Positions 10,504-20,505 of a DNA stretch of 64,000 nucleotides are shown in pieces. How positions within the stretch are numbered: the first letter of the stretch is position 1; every line of letters starts with the position of its first letter. Origin of the DNA: Phycisphaerae bacterium (GTDB taxonomy: Bacteria; Planctomycetota; Phycisphaerae; UBA1845); the NCBI GenBank assembly GCA_963666835.2, contig CAXXGO010000003.1:384001-448000 (forward strand). Reading direction: 5' to 3'. The position numbers and the translations under genes are program-made. The notes beneath the pieces are model-generated. The model had not been told where the DNA came from. It saw only the letters and a list, made by a program, of their open reading frames with translations, and ran no database searches.

Positions 10504-11087
10504 GAAGAAACCGCCCTCCCGCATTCGGAGCAAGTGCCGGATTCGTTCCCGGTGAGGTCGTAGCCGCAGGCAACGCATAGGCCGCGCTTCAACCGTCGTC
10601 GTTGTCGGCGTTGACGCATAGACCCGCGGACAACCAGGAGCAGCGGTGCCGCGGAAATGATGAATGGTGCCCACAGCGGGATGTCCAGTTGCCGGTGCCG
10701 CATGATCACATGGTACATTGTGTGGTCGGACAAGTCAGCTTCAACCGTATACAGAGGGATGTCATGCCGATAGAAGCCCAGACATCCGGAGTTGCCCGGT
10801 GACCCGATGGGCATCTCCCAGCCGCGCCGCCTCTTGTCGATCTCCGAGTCGTAGCTCTCTTGATCGTTGTCCCGGACGGTCTCACAGAAGCGCAATACGC
10901 CTCGCAAGCAGTATACCGCCCTCCACGTTCCGCGATCACTGGATACTCCGTATCTCGGGAACGTCGTATAGCTAAGGACCGCCGCAACGACCACGAGAAC
11001 CAGGCTGACTGAGGCGCAGACGACGAGCAGGCGAAGCACCCTCGGCACCCACCTGACTCTTGCGTCGACCACACCCCTCTCGTGCAT
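10500..11087 (-). CDS. Membrane protein with C-terminal zinc ribbon (array 1, gene 1)
   Basis: ATG after GGGAG; TM1, variable loop, IPLWAPF TM2, then RRLKRGLCVACGYDLTGNESGTCSECG. Confidence 0.78.
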   Translation of the reverse strand: MHERGVVDARVRWVPRVLRLLVVCASVSLVLVVVAAVLSYTTFPRYGVSSDRGTWRAVYCLRGVLRFCETVRDNDQESYDSEIDKRRRGWEMPIGSPGNSGCLGFYRHDIPLYTVEADLSDHTMYHVIMRHRQLDIPLWAPFIISAAPLLLVVRGSMRQRRQRRRLKRGLCVACGYDLTGNESGTCSECGRAVSS

Positions 11088-11555
11088 TCGTCTCTCCCGA
11101 CCATCGCGTCGGATGGGCACATCTCTCCACTTCGTCCCCCAGACTACCAAGACCCCATGATACCGAACCCTCCACCTGCTCGCCAGGAGGATCCATGGCC
11201 ATCCCCCGGAGGACTGCTCACGCGCCGGAAGAGGGCCAAGCCTAAAGGACACGGCCAGCCCGCATCACTCGCGACGTTCGCATGAGTCTGTGTAACGTAC
11301 GTTAGCGTCACCACTTGTCGATAGCGTTATTGTAACAGAGCGTGCTTCCACGCCAGGGACAAGCCCTGGCCCTACACTGGTTTGCGGCGTATACTTCGTT
11401 TGGATGAGTGATTCGGGCTGGGATTAACACGGGGGCGGGGAATCTCTCGCCGTCGACAGGCGTTCCAGGTTCTTGTCCTCCCTATCCGGAACTCAGCTAG
11501 AACACTCGTTACTCTCTGATTCCGTCGCCCGCGTTCACGATATGCTGTATACGTG

Positions 11556-12377
11556 TCACTTCAGATCGAACAGGCTGTTGTCGTCGGTTTGCCCGAACCA
11601 GCCGATGTTGAGGCGGTCGGGGTCGGCCATGTAGATGCCGCTGGAGAAGGTGAGGGTGCGGCGCTGGGCGTCGACGTGGCCGTCGCACCAGCCGACGCCG
11701 GCCAGGCCGTTGTGGCGGAAGTGAATGGACGGGTCGGCCCGGTAGTCGGGGTAGCTGGGGTGGTATCGCGGCTCGACGAAGCTGTATTCAATCAGTTGCG
11801 TGCCCGCGAAAGCGGTTTCGGCGAACATAATGGTCTCGGCGGGCCGCACGACCCATCCAACCAGGGCGCCGGCCCGATCGTTAATCACCTCATACTCGCC
11901 CGAGGGGTACTCCTTCAACTGCACGCCGATGAAGGCGTTGTTGTAGCCGTAACCGCCGTTACCGCGTTCGAAACCGCCGCTTTCGGCGGCGATCTCCTCG
12001 GCGGGGAATGTCGGGCACTGCCGGATCCGCCCTTCCGCCCCGAGGTACGGAACAAGCGGGCCGCGGGTCGAGTCGAAAGCCTCCGCCGGATTGTCGCGTT
12101 GCCCGTGCCAGCGATGCAGATTCTTGTGCATACTCTCGGCGCCGGGGCAATAGACGCCGTCGTTATCCTCGGCGTAGTAGCCGTTGGCGACGATAAGCTG
12201 GTTCAGATTGGAGCGGCAGACGACGCTCTTGGCCTGCTCCCGGGCGGCGGACAAACTCGGCAGGAGCATTGAGGCCAGCAGTACGATCATGCCCATCACG
12301 ACGAGCATCTCCAGCAGGGTCAACGCGCTGCGCCGGCATGTCGGGGGATGTGGCGGCGAGGTTGAGGTGATCGTCAC
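11556..12377 (-). CDS. Prepilin-type N-terminal methylation / DUF1559-like (H-X9-DG) protein
   Basis: ALTLLEMLVVMGMIVLLASMLLPSLSAAREQAKSVVCRSNLNQ and C-terminal HFRHNGLAGVGWCDGH. The exact start is uncertain. Confidence 0.88.
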   Translation of the reverse strand: MTITSTSPPHPPTCRRSALTLLEMLVVMGMIVLLASMLLPSLSAAREQAKSVVCRSNLNQLIVANGYYAEDNDGVYCPGAESMHKNLHRWHGQRDNPAEAFDSTRGPLVPYLGAEGRIRQCPTFPAEEIAAESGGFERGNGGYGYNNAFIGVQLKEYPSGEYEVINDRAGALVGWVVRPAETIMFAETAFAGTQLIEYSFVEPRYHPSYPDYRADPSIHFRHNGLAGVGWCDGHVDAQRRTLTFSSGIYMADPDRLNIGWFGQTDDNSLFDLK

Positions 12378-12559
12378 GGGCAAGCGGACCGCTGGGCTTG
12401 CCGAGTGAACGATCTTGAGCTGTGGTAGGTCATCCGGTACCGCACGTTCTGCTCGATGCTTGCCCATGCCACCCCGGTGATTGCCAATCCGGGGCCTGCC
12501 GGGGCTGATCGTCAATGCCGGATAGCCGCGGATGCCGTGCATGGCGAGAGTATCCTACA

Positions 12560-13700
12560 TTACTGCGGTCCGAGTAGCCGCGCGGAGAATGCCGAGAAAT
12601 CAGAAAGATCCACCAGGGCCGGGGGCGCCCAGGTTCATCCGATCGCAAGGCTCACCGACATTCGTAGTCCGGCCTAGGCACCTTTGCATACCGACCATGT
12701 CTGCCAGATCGATGTCACCATCTTCGTCCCAGTCTCCGAAGGGATCCGGGGCAACGTCGGCCACAGCGTCTATTTCCGGAGATTTCTCGCCGAATCTGCC
12801 CAGCAACACATTTGTTGGGTTCGTCAGGCGGATCAGATTGAAACCCGGCAGATCCGCCGGGAGCATCGTCTCCGGATCAACCGCCCAGGCAATGTCGAAC
12901 GCGTCCCCCCCACCGGAGCCCGGAGTGATTCCGACAACAAGTGGATCATCCGGCACAGTGTAGAACTCCTCCGGCGTTATCTGCGGGTCGTCAACTATGT
13001 TGTCTGCATCGAGATCACCCAGAAACAAGGTAGGCGCGTAGTCGGCATACCCGTAGATACCCTCCACTTCGGGGTCTTCCGCCGGGTTCTCCATTATCAG
13101 ATCCTCGAACGGACTCGCCGGCAGCATCGTGGCACCGGTGTACCAGACTCCGGTCATACCCGGCGGGACCCACGATAGCAGAGTCGGCGGAGTATCCGTA
13201 TCGGGATCGTCGTCCCATTCCTGGGTGGCCCACTGCCCTACCGGATCCACAACGTGAGAGCCCGGGATCAAATACCAACCCTCGTCCGGGTCTACGTCTC
13301 CGTCACCGTTAGCGTCGAGGGCGATCTCAATCGTGCCGCATTCCGCCCAGTGCCGGTGAGCCTGCGAGTCGACCCAGAACGCGTTTCCATAGACGATCGC
13401 ATCCACCCCGAACGCGTTGCGGGGATCATCTTGCACAACGTGGTCGAACCCCAATGTAATACTGCCCCCGAACCCGCCGAGTGAGACTACCGACGCGTTG
13501 CTCGGGTCGAAAGTGCCTGCTCCGATCGGCGGACCAAGTGCCCGCGCCGGATCGTCGTAGTCCGCCTTAGTAACGAACTTCCCTGGCGCCGGCGAGAAAT
13601 CAATCACCGATACGGCAAACGGGCTGTCGCCTCTTGCCGGCACGGCCCCAAGCACCAGCGCAACCGCGACAGCTCGAACCGCAGGTAGAACGTCCTTCAC
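12560..13700 (-). CDS. Secreted cell-surface protein with C-terminal dockerin-like motif, frameshift near 12625
   Basis: GTG after GGAGG and a signal peptide. VIDFSPAPGKF..VVSLGGFGGSITLGFDH..GNAF and GGGDAFDIAWAVD motifs. Tail DWDEDGDIDLAD...VDLSDFSAFSARLLGPQ (stop at 12560). Confidence 0.75.
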
Positions 13701-14876
13701 AAGCCCACCTCCTGCAGAGCAACAGTTCTCGCCAAACCGCTTGTCCTCCGTCGATGCAGAATGAGCGTGCCCACCGTCAGTACCCCGAAAACCATAACGA
13801 TCATCCCCCAAGCGCTGACCGCGGGTACGGAATCCGCAGGAGCCGTTGTAGACATAGACCGTACTAGCCCCGAAATCTGCAATGAGAAGCTCGCGTGTAT
13901 TCGCGTTGTATCCGGCGGAGAAGAAGTTGTTGTCGTTCGGCTCATCCGGGTCGAGCCGCCGCACGTCAGTTGGATCACTCGGATCTACGGGACCGAGACC
14001 TGCTACCGCATCGGCCACCGCCGTAGCACGGACCACGGCCACGAAATCCTCTTCATCTATACCCGCGTAGTAGTCGCCCCCCCCAACGTGCATATTGCCC
14101 TCGGCATCAAAACCCAGCGAGTTGCCCGACAGAATATCGACGACCTCCAGCCCGCCCGACTCGAAGTCCAACGGCGCTCCGCCGGCAAGGGCGGCCGTCC
14201 ATGCGGCGTGCGCGAAGACCTTGACCAGCCCGGTCCCGCTGGGTCCGTCGGACTGGAAGCCGTTGGCGGTGTAGAGGTTTCCGTCGCCATCGAACGTGAT
14301 CCCACCGGAGCTGCCCCCGATGTTGTCGATCACCGCCGGGTTGTCCGGATCCGCCGGGCTTGTGCGTACATCAAGGACCGTGACGACGCTGGTCGGCGGC
14401 ACCGGACGAGCCGTGATAGCCAAGCGCGACTCATCGTACCATTCGGCATCGAAGTGCTCGACTGAGTACCAATCCCCCCCCGTCAAGGCCGGAAACGGGA
14501 GAATGCCCAGTTGGAAGTCATCGTAACCGGGCGCCTGGCTGCCGCCGCCATTGCCCACCGCAATCGCGGACCCGGCCGGCGACACCCGCAGGAAGGCGGA
14601 AGCCCAGAGCGTCGGCACGTCAATCCCGGCAGGGATCGTTCCGCAAACGGTGAACGACCCCGCTCCGGCCGCGTCCTCCAGATAAAGGTCCCGACCGCAA
14701 AGAGCGATGACCCGCCCATCCGGCAGCGGATCGAATACGCAGTTTGCCTGTGGCAACTCAAAGGAAGACTCGAGCGCGTAGCCTTCAAAAGCACCGGCTA
14801 ACGCCATGGCGGGAAACAACGCAGGCCACATGACGACGAGCGTGGCCGGCCCTCGATGCTGAAGAGAACACATCAT
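13697..14876 (-). CDS. Secreted, probably beta-propeller surface protein with IPTL-CTERM-like sorting signal, frameshift near 13845
   Basis: ATG after AAGGAG and a signal peptide. The alternative frame ends VPAVSAWGMIVMVFGVLTVGTLILHRRR, and its TGA overlaps the next GTG. Confidence 0.75.
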
Positions 14877-14927
14877 CCCAGCGACTCCTTTCTCCAGCCC
14901 GCCCGACACCACGCGGAACGAAGCTGG

Positions 14928-14974
14928 AAAAAAAGAAAATCCCGGTGCCCCACATGGTTCGGGAGCACCGGGAT
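14928..14974 (-). terminator. Intrinsic terminator, the likely riboswitch expression platform
   Basis: Minus strand ATCCCGGTGC..GCACCGGGAT stem followed by TTTCTTTTTTT, between the aptamer and the first start codon. Confidence 0.75.
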
Positions 14975-15088
14975 CAATGTCGCTCGAAATCCAAGCCGCC
15001 GCGCCATCGCAAGATGGCCTTGCTGCTTTTGCCGGTAACGACAGATCGCGGCGCCACAACCCCCGAGGCACCACTATCACCAAACAGC

Positions 15089-15282
15089 GACCACCGGCAG
15101 GTCTTCTGGCTTACGGATCATCCTACTAGCCACGCCTTCTCCGCATGTCGGCGTTCACCCAAGGCAGCTCGCCCGACAGCACGAATGGCTCGTGTGGCGT
15201 TCGTCCCCGATCACAGCGGCGGGTCCACGGTGGATTCTCACCACCTTCCCTCAAGTCCGTCACTTAACGGACACCGGCGATC
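15089..15282 (-). ncRNA. Cobalamin (B12) riboswitch
   Basis: Minus strand GGTG...GAGGGAAGGTGGTGAGAATCCACC..GACCCGCCGCTGTGA...GCCAC...GGAGAAGGC...B12 box AAGCCAGAAGACCTGCC; P1 gatcgccgg/ccggtggtc. Confidence 0.93.
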
Positions 15283-15569
15283 GCGACCTATTCACTTGTC
15301 AAAACTACGTCGAGCGTCTCCCGACCACAGCACCATAACCACGCCCTTTTCGGCGGTCAAGTGACAGGTTTTGCGGGATTAGCAGCCTCCGGCGTGCGGT
15401 TTTGCCCCCGAATCGCAGAGCCTGCGCCGCCGCCTCGACACGCCCGCGGCGATGTGCGATACTACAGGGCTGTGTACATTTGAAGAAGAAACGACGCCGC
15501 AGACGACGCCGCGGAGGCCCGCGGCCTGCAGAGTGCAGACGGTCTTATTGGGACGCTTTTTCTGCCGTG

Positions 15570-17778
15570 ATGGAACCTGACTCGCTAGTTGAATTGGTTA
15601 AAAGCGGTAACATCGGAACGGTCGAACAGGAGTGGATGGGCATTATCGAGTCCCCCGAGGTCTCCCCGAAGAAGCTCGCCGCCTATGCCAAGGTGCTCTC
15701 CGAGATGTGCCAGGCCAACAAGTGCCCGCAAGCCGGGGAGTTGGCTTGGTCCGCGATTGAATCCCTTTCATCCCGATACTCGCCGTCCGAGACGCTTACC
15801 GCGGCCGGACCGTTCCTCCTCGGCATCGGAGACAACGCAGAGGTTCGCGCATCGGTAACCGAGCTCTATCGGAAGGCTTACGCAGATTGCCAGGGGCTTG
15901 ACGAGTTGCTTACCGAGGCAGGCATCGCCGGCGGGCGTCCGGTTCGCAGGGCTCTACGCACGTTGGACGTTTGCCTCAGACTGGAGGAGGGCGATTACCT
16001 GGCCGCCCGCCACGAGGACGCCGTTGCTCGTATCGACAGTATCGAGCGGCCCGTCCTGGGAGTTCTCAATCACCCTGGACGGAGAACAGAACACCCTCGG
16101 GCCGGTGCACCTCGCAGACACGTATCGTCCCGGTCCCGGCCACGGATTTCCACGTTCTGATGCACTTCGCCCCGGAGGAGGTGGCGAAGCTGCTGCGCAA
16201 TGATCCGGTTACCATCGTTACGGACATCTGCCGACGGCACGGTGGTCGGATCGACAGCGACGAGTTAGCGGACGAACTGGTGCCGCGTCTGATGGACGAG
16301 GCGGAATGGAAGAAGTGGTGGACCCGCGCTCGAACCGCGCTGAAAGAAGTCCCCGCACGTTACGTTGACTGGACGGTCTCCGTACGAGATCACGTACTCA
16401 GCGAAACCGGTACCGGCCGAGGAGTTGTTCATTCGAGATTTCCGCACTCTGCGCGACCCCAACAAGCAATGGTCGCTCATTGAGAAGTACGTTCGCGAGT
16501 GCAAGCTGCGAGACAGCGACCCGGACCCGGCAGTCATGCGCGAGTGTTACGAGGACTTCCGCGGAAGAGCCCAGCGCATGACGGCGTCCGGCGCCATCGC
16601 TGCCGGCCTGCATTGGATGATCGCGTCCTATGTGGGCGAGCTGGCCGGAGTCGCTGACGCAGAAGCCGGAGCGCTCGAGCTTTTTCGCGAAGCACAAGAC
16701 CCCCGCAGCCCTGCTCCGCTCCATCGATTCTGATGTTCTGGTAACTCGCGCATGGCAGTATCTGATCGAGGCCAAGCCGGAGTCTTGGCGAGATGAGCTT
16801 ATCGAGATCCTCCCGGCCCTGCCTCTGGCGGCGTGTGACGGGGTGGCCCAGCGGCTCATCGAGTCAGGTCGCTCGGTTGCAGATTTCGAGCCGGTGATCG
16901 AGCGGATTCTCGCCTCGCCGTTGCCACACTTCGACGCCCTTCTGTGGCTCTGGAACGGTCCGTCAAACAAAGAGCTTCTGGCCAACGTGACGCCGATTTC
17001 GATCCTCACGCGGATCTTGCGCACTCTGGAGTTTGCCAGGCTGTCGGATGACGTCCCCAACGACGCGCTCAAACGTATGAAAGCAGTCGCTCGAGCGGTA
17101 GTCCCCGCCCGCAAACGCGAACGTTTCCGAGAGTGCCTCGACGGTCTGGAGCCCGGCGTTGCCCGAACCCTCAAACTGCAGATCTCGCGCGGCGAGGGGT
17201 TTGGTTATAGTGTCCGAGACGACCTCGTTCGTGAAATCGAACGGCGATTGCCGACAGAAGCCGCGGAAACCGGAAATCGAACCCTGGAAGCGCGAGGATA
17301 TTCTATTCGCCACGCGGGCCGGAATCTCCCGCAAGCAAGAGGAAATCGATCATCACGTAAACGTCAAAATGGCCGAGAACGCTCGTGCCATCGGCGCGGC
17401 AGCCGAGCGCGGCGATCTCAGTGAGAACTCGGAGTACAAGTTCGCCCTGGAAGAGCGCGACCTTCTGCGGGCTCGCCTTGCCCAGATGAACTCCGAGATT
17501 GGCCATCGCCCAGGTAATCGACCCCGACGATGTCTCTACCGAGCACATCGACATTGGGACTCGAGCGGTTTTCCGGCGCATGGCGGACGGCGCCGAATAC
17601 GCGATGACCTTCGTAGGACCGTGGGAGGCGGACAGCGAAAAAGCGATGTTCAACTATCGAGCCCCCTCTGGCGCAGCGGTTGATGGGTATGCGGATTGGT
17701 GACGAGGTCGAGTTCGACCACGCAGACGTAAGTGGGAAGTACGAGATCGTAGCGTTGCACAACTCCCTGGCTGACTAG
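15570..17778 (+). CDS. greA: Long-form transcription elongation factor GreA with N-terminal extension, several frameshifts
   Basis: EWKKWWTRAR motif; ENARAIGAAAERGDLSENSEYKFALEE; VGPWEADSEKAMFNYRAP; ends YEIVALHNSLAD*. Confidence 0.85.
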
Positions 17779-17828
17779 GAACGCGGCGGGATTACTCGCA
17801 CGGACCGTCTGAAACGGAGAGACAAGCT

Positions 17829-18891
17829 GTGAAGGCCGGCAATAATCGGGCTGCCTCAATCAGGCAAATCGACCGTATTCCTCTGCGCTGACCGGGACCG
17901 CCTCGGATCCTTACGCCCCACCGGAGCCAAGTACTGGCGGTTGTGCATGTTCCCGAACCGCGGCTTGCCGTACCTGGTCAATCTGTACCAACCCAAGAAG
18001 GTCATTCGAGACTACGGCAGAATTCATAGATGTGCCTGGCTGTTCGCGTCGATGACTCCAAGGGACAGGAGGAATGGCGACGGGTCCTTCCGGTCGTGCG
18101 TCAGGCGGACCTTCTGTTGGTCGTCCTGCGGGACTTCGAACTAAGCGGCACGTCGAAGCCTGATCCGAAGGCGGAGTTCGCGGCTATGTGGAACGAACTC
18201 ATCTTTGCAGACCTTGACACGGTCACTACGCGGATCGGAGAGGATCGAGGCAGCCCTCAAGAAGCCTACAAAGACCCATGATGAGGAGAAGCGCGAGCTG
18301 GCCCTGCTCGTGCGGTGCCGCGAGGCTTTGGAGTCGGAGGCCCCCCTATCGACCGTCTTAGATACTGAAGAAGGAAAGAAACAACTCCGGAGCTTCGCTT
18401 TTCTAACGGAGAAGCCGGTCGTTTGTGTGCGAAACGTGGCGGACGATAAGGTCCGATCGGAAGTTGACCCTGCAACTCGACCACGTCGAGGACTCGGTAG
18501 TACTGTGCGCAGAGATCGAAGCGGAGATCGCCCAGTTGGACCCCGCGGACCGTCCTTCGTTCCTGGCGGACTATGGTCTTGAAAGCCCCGCGAGCGATCG
18601 TCTCATCAAAACCTGCTATCGATGCGGCGGCCTGATCTGTTTCATCACGGTCGGCCCCGACGAGGTCCGAGCATGGGAAATCGCCGCCGGGAGCACTGCG
18701 GTCGAGGCCGCAGGCAAGATCCACACCGATCTCGCCCGGGGGTTCATCCGCGCGGAAACCGTGGCCTACGACGACTTCGTAGCGAACACGGACATGAAAG
18801 GCGCCCAAGGCCGCCGGCAAAGTCCGCAAGGAAGGCAAGACCTACATTGTGCAGGACGGCGATCTGCTCAACATCCTCCTCGAGCGCTTGA
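17829..18891 (+). CDS. ychF: YchF/Obg-like ATPase, several frameshifts
   Basis: IIGLPQSGKST P-loop, ELIFADL, FLTEKP, FITVGPDEVRAW, AGKIHTDLARGFIRAE and EGKTYIVQDGD motifs across frames. Confidence 0.88.
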
Positions 18892-19075
18892 AGTGCAACG
18901 CGGACGTGCCCGCCCCCCAGGCGGACCGCTTGGCCTCTTGGCCGGCGCGGCTTCCGACGAGGTGTTGCATCCAGCCGGAATCTGGTAGAGTATCCGGAGC
19001 CGGTGCGGACCCCGGTCCGCCGGATCCGCCCGGCGTGATACATCGATCAGCCCGGGCTCTATCCGGACCTGATTG

Positions 19076-19150
19076 CGGGGCGTAGCGCAGTTTGGTTAGC
19101 GCGCTTGACTGGGGGTCAAGAGGTCGCTGGTTCGAATCCAGTCGCCCCGA
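19076..19150 (+). tRNA. tRNA-Pro (GGG), the integration target
   Basis: CGGGGCG/CGCCCCG acceptor stem, TAGCGCAGTTTGGTTAGCGC D arm, CTTGA-CTGGGGG-TCAAG anticodon arm, GGTTCGAATCC T loop. Confidence 0.96.
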
Positions 19151-19159
19151 TCGTAAAGC
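19109..19159 (+). repeat. attL core (51 bp)
   Basis: ctgggggtcaagaggtcgctggttcgaatccagtcgccccgatcgtaaagc is identical to 63915-63965. Confidence 0.95.
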
Positions 19160-19200
19160 ACTGAAAACAAAGGACTTATGACTCCTCCAAAAACCCCCTC

Positions 19201-19239
19201 TTGACATCTTCATCCTCTTCAGCGTACTTTCATCCTCTT
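19201..19239 (+). promoter_or_regulatory. Integrase promoter and possible arm-type binding repeats
   Basis: TTGACA at 19201 and TACTTT at 19225; direct repeat TTCATCCTCTT at 19209 and 19229. Confidence 0.5.
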
Positions 19240-19264
19240 GAGGGTAGTTCTTGGGAGGTTTAGC

Positions 19265-20405
19265 ATGGCTTGGAAGGCCAGGCCGCGATACAAGCCCGCC
19301 TCGCAACGAGTGGGTACTTCGCTACCAAAACAAGAGTCACTATCTCTGCTCCGGATCTGACAACGAGGCGCTCGCCTGGGCAAAGGCCCAACAGATCCTG
19401 GGCGATACTGGACAGCCTGACGGCCCCCATCGAAACGGTAGGGGCAGCGTGTGAAGACTGGCTCAAAGCATACCACCCCTCGTCCAACTGGCACGCTCAG
19501 ATGCTCGCCCCGTTTATGAACTGGACGGAGGGGCTCATGCCTTGACAATGTCACGCCTACACTCCTGAAGAGATACCTGACGCACCTTCAGAGCATCACC
19601 TACAAGCGAGGGAGACACGAGAAACACTACAGCCCCGCGACGATCCGACGGCAGATGAGGTTCGCCCCGCGCCGTTTTGGAGGAGGCCCGCCAGAACGGA
19701 CACATGTCGCGTCCAACGCCCCCCATGCCCCGCCTGCCCAAGATCCCGCTGGTGGCCCGTGACATCTCGCCGGAAGACCTGAAGAGGATCTTCGAGTACC
19801 TCCCCGTTCGTGCTCGGCGAGTCCTGTACTTCGCGTCGGCCACGGGGATGCGCCCCAGCGAAGCTCGGCTTCTTCGTTGGGACGAGATCCATGAGGATAA
19901 GTGTATCCTTAACCGCGGTAAGACCTACAAAGCAACCGGACAGCCGCGAATAGCCCACCTGAACTCTGATGCAAGGGCGGTGCTGGACTCCGTGCCCGGC
20001 GAGAGGCAGGGGCACGTCTTCTTGAACAGCCTCGGCAAGCCGTACGGGGTAAGCGGACTCCGTTCCATCTTCAAACGGGCAGCCGCCAGTGCCGGGGTCG
20101 AGGTGACCGGCCCGTACCAACTCAGGCATTCGTGGGCGCAGACCCTCTACGACTCCGGGCAACTCTCGCTGGATATGATCGGCGCCGAACTCGGTCATAC
20201 GCCTGGCTCCCCTGTCACGAAAGTGTACGCCCGGATTGGGGAGCAACGCGTTGCGAAGGCCGTGCAAGGCCTAAACGCACCAGTCGCTCCCGGTCTGCTT
20301 GACGCAAAGCGTCGGAAGACCTCTTCTTCGGGGAAGCGATACCGAGGAAGCGGTTCAAAGAAGACTCGAAAAACCGCCAAGGGCCGGAACCGTCAAGCTG
20401 GATAG
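19265..20405 (+). CDS. Tyrosine recombinase/integrase with frameshifted N-terminal part
   Basis: ATG after GGGAGG; catalytic motifs TGMRPSE, GKT, YQLRHSWA, LGH and VTKVY. Confidence 0.88.
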
Positions 20406-20505
20406 CGTGGAGTGATCCGCGGCGGCGGTACGCATGCACCGTCCTAACGGACACCTGTAGGCGATCAGCAACTTGCTGGGGCGTCAGGAGGGTGTCATTA
20501 CTCAA
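20215..20505 (-). CDS. Excisionase-like HTH protein
   Basis: TTG start after GGGAGG; LLTPQQVADRLQVSVRTVHAYRRRGSLHAIQL..WRF; convergent with the integrase. Confidence 0.78.
   Translation of the reverse strand: MSNDTLLTPQQVADRLQVSVRTVHAYRRRGSLHAIQLDGSGPWRFFESSLNRFLGIASPKKRSSDALRQADRERLVRLGLARPSQRVAPQSGRTLS

Noticed and set aside
8085..11087. Integron cassette array
   Set aside because: The genes overlap by 4 nt, leaving no room for attC sites, and no integron integrase was seen.
12600..15083. A single 827-aa protein
   Set aside because: It runs through the riboswitch terminator and fuses two genes via a frameshift; the sorting signal and second RBS define two ORFs.
15570..18891. greA and ychF as pseudogenes or programmed frameshifts
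   Set aside because: The motifs are intact across many scattered 1-bp indels, which is best explained by sequencing error.
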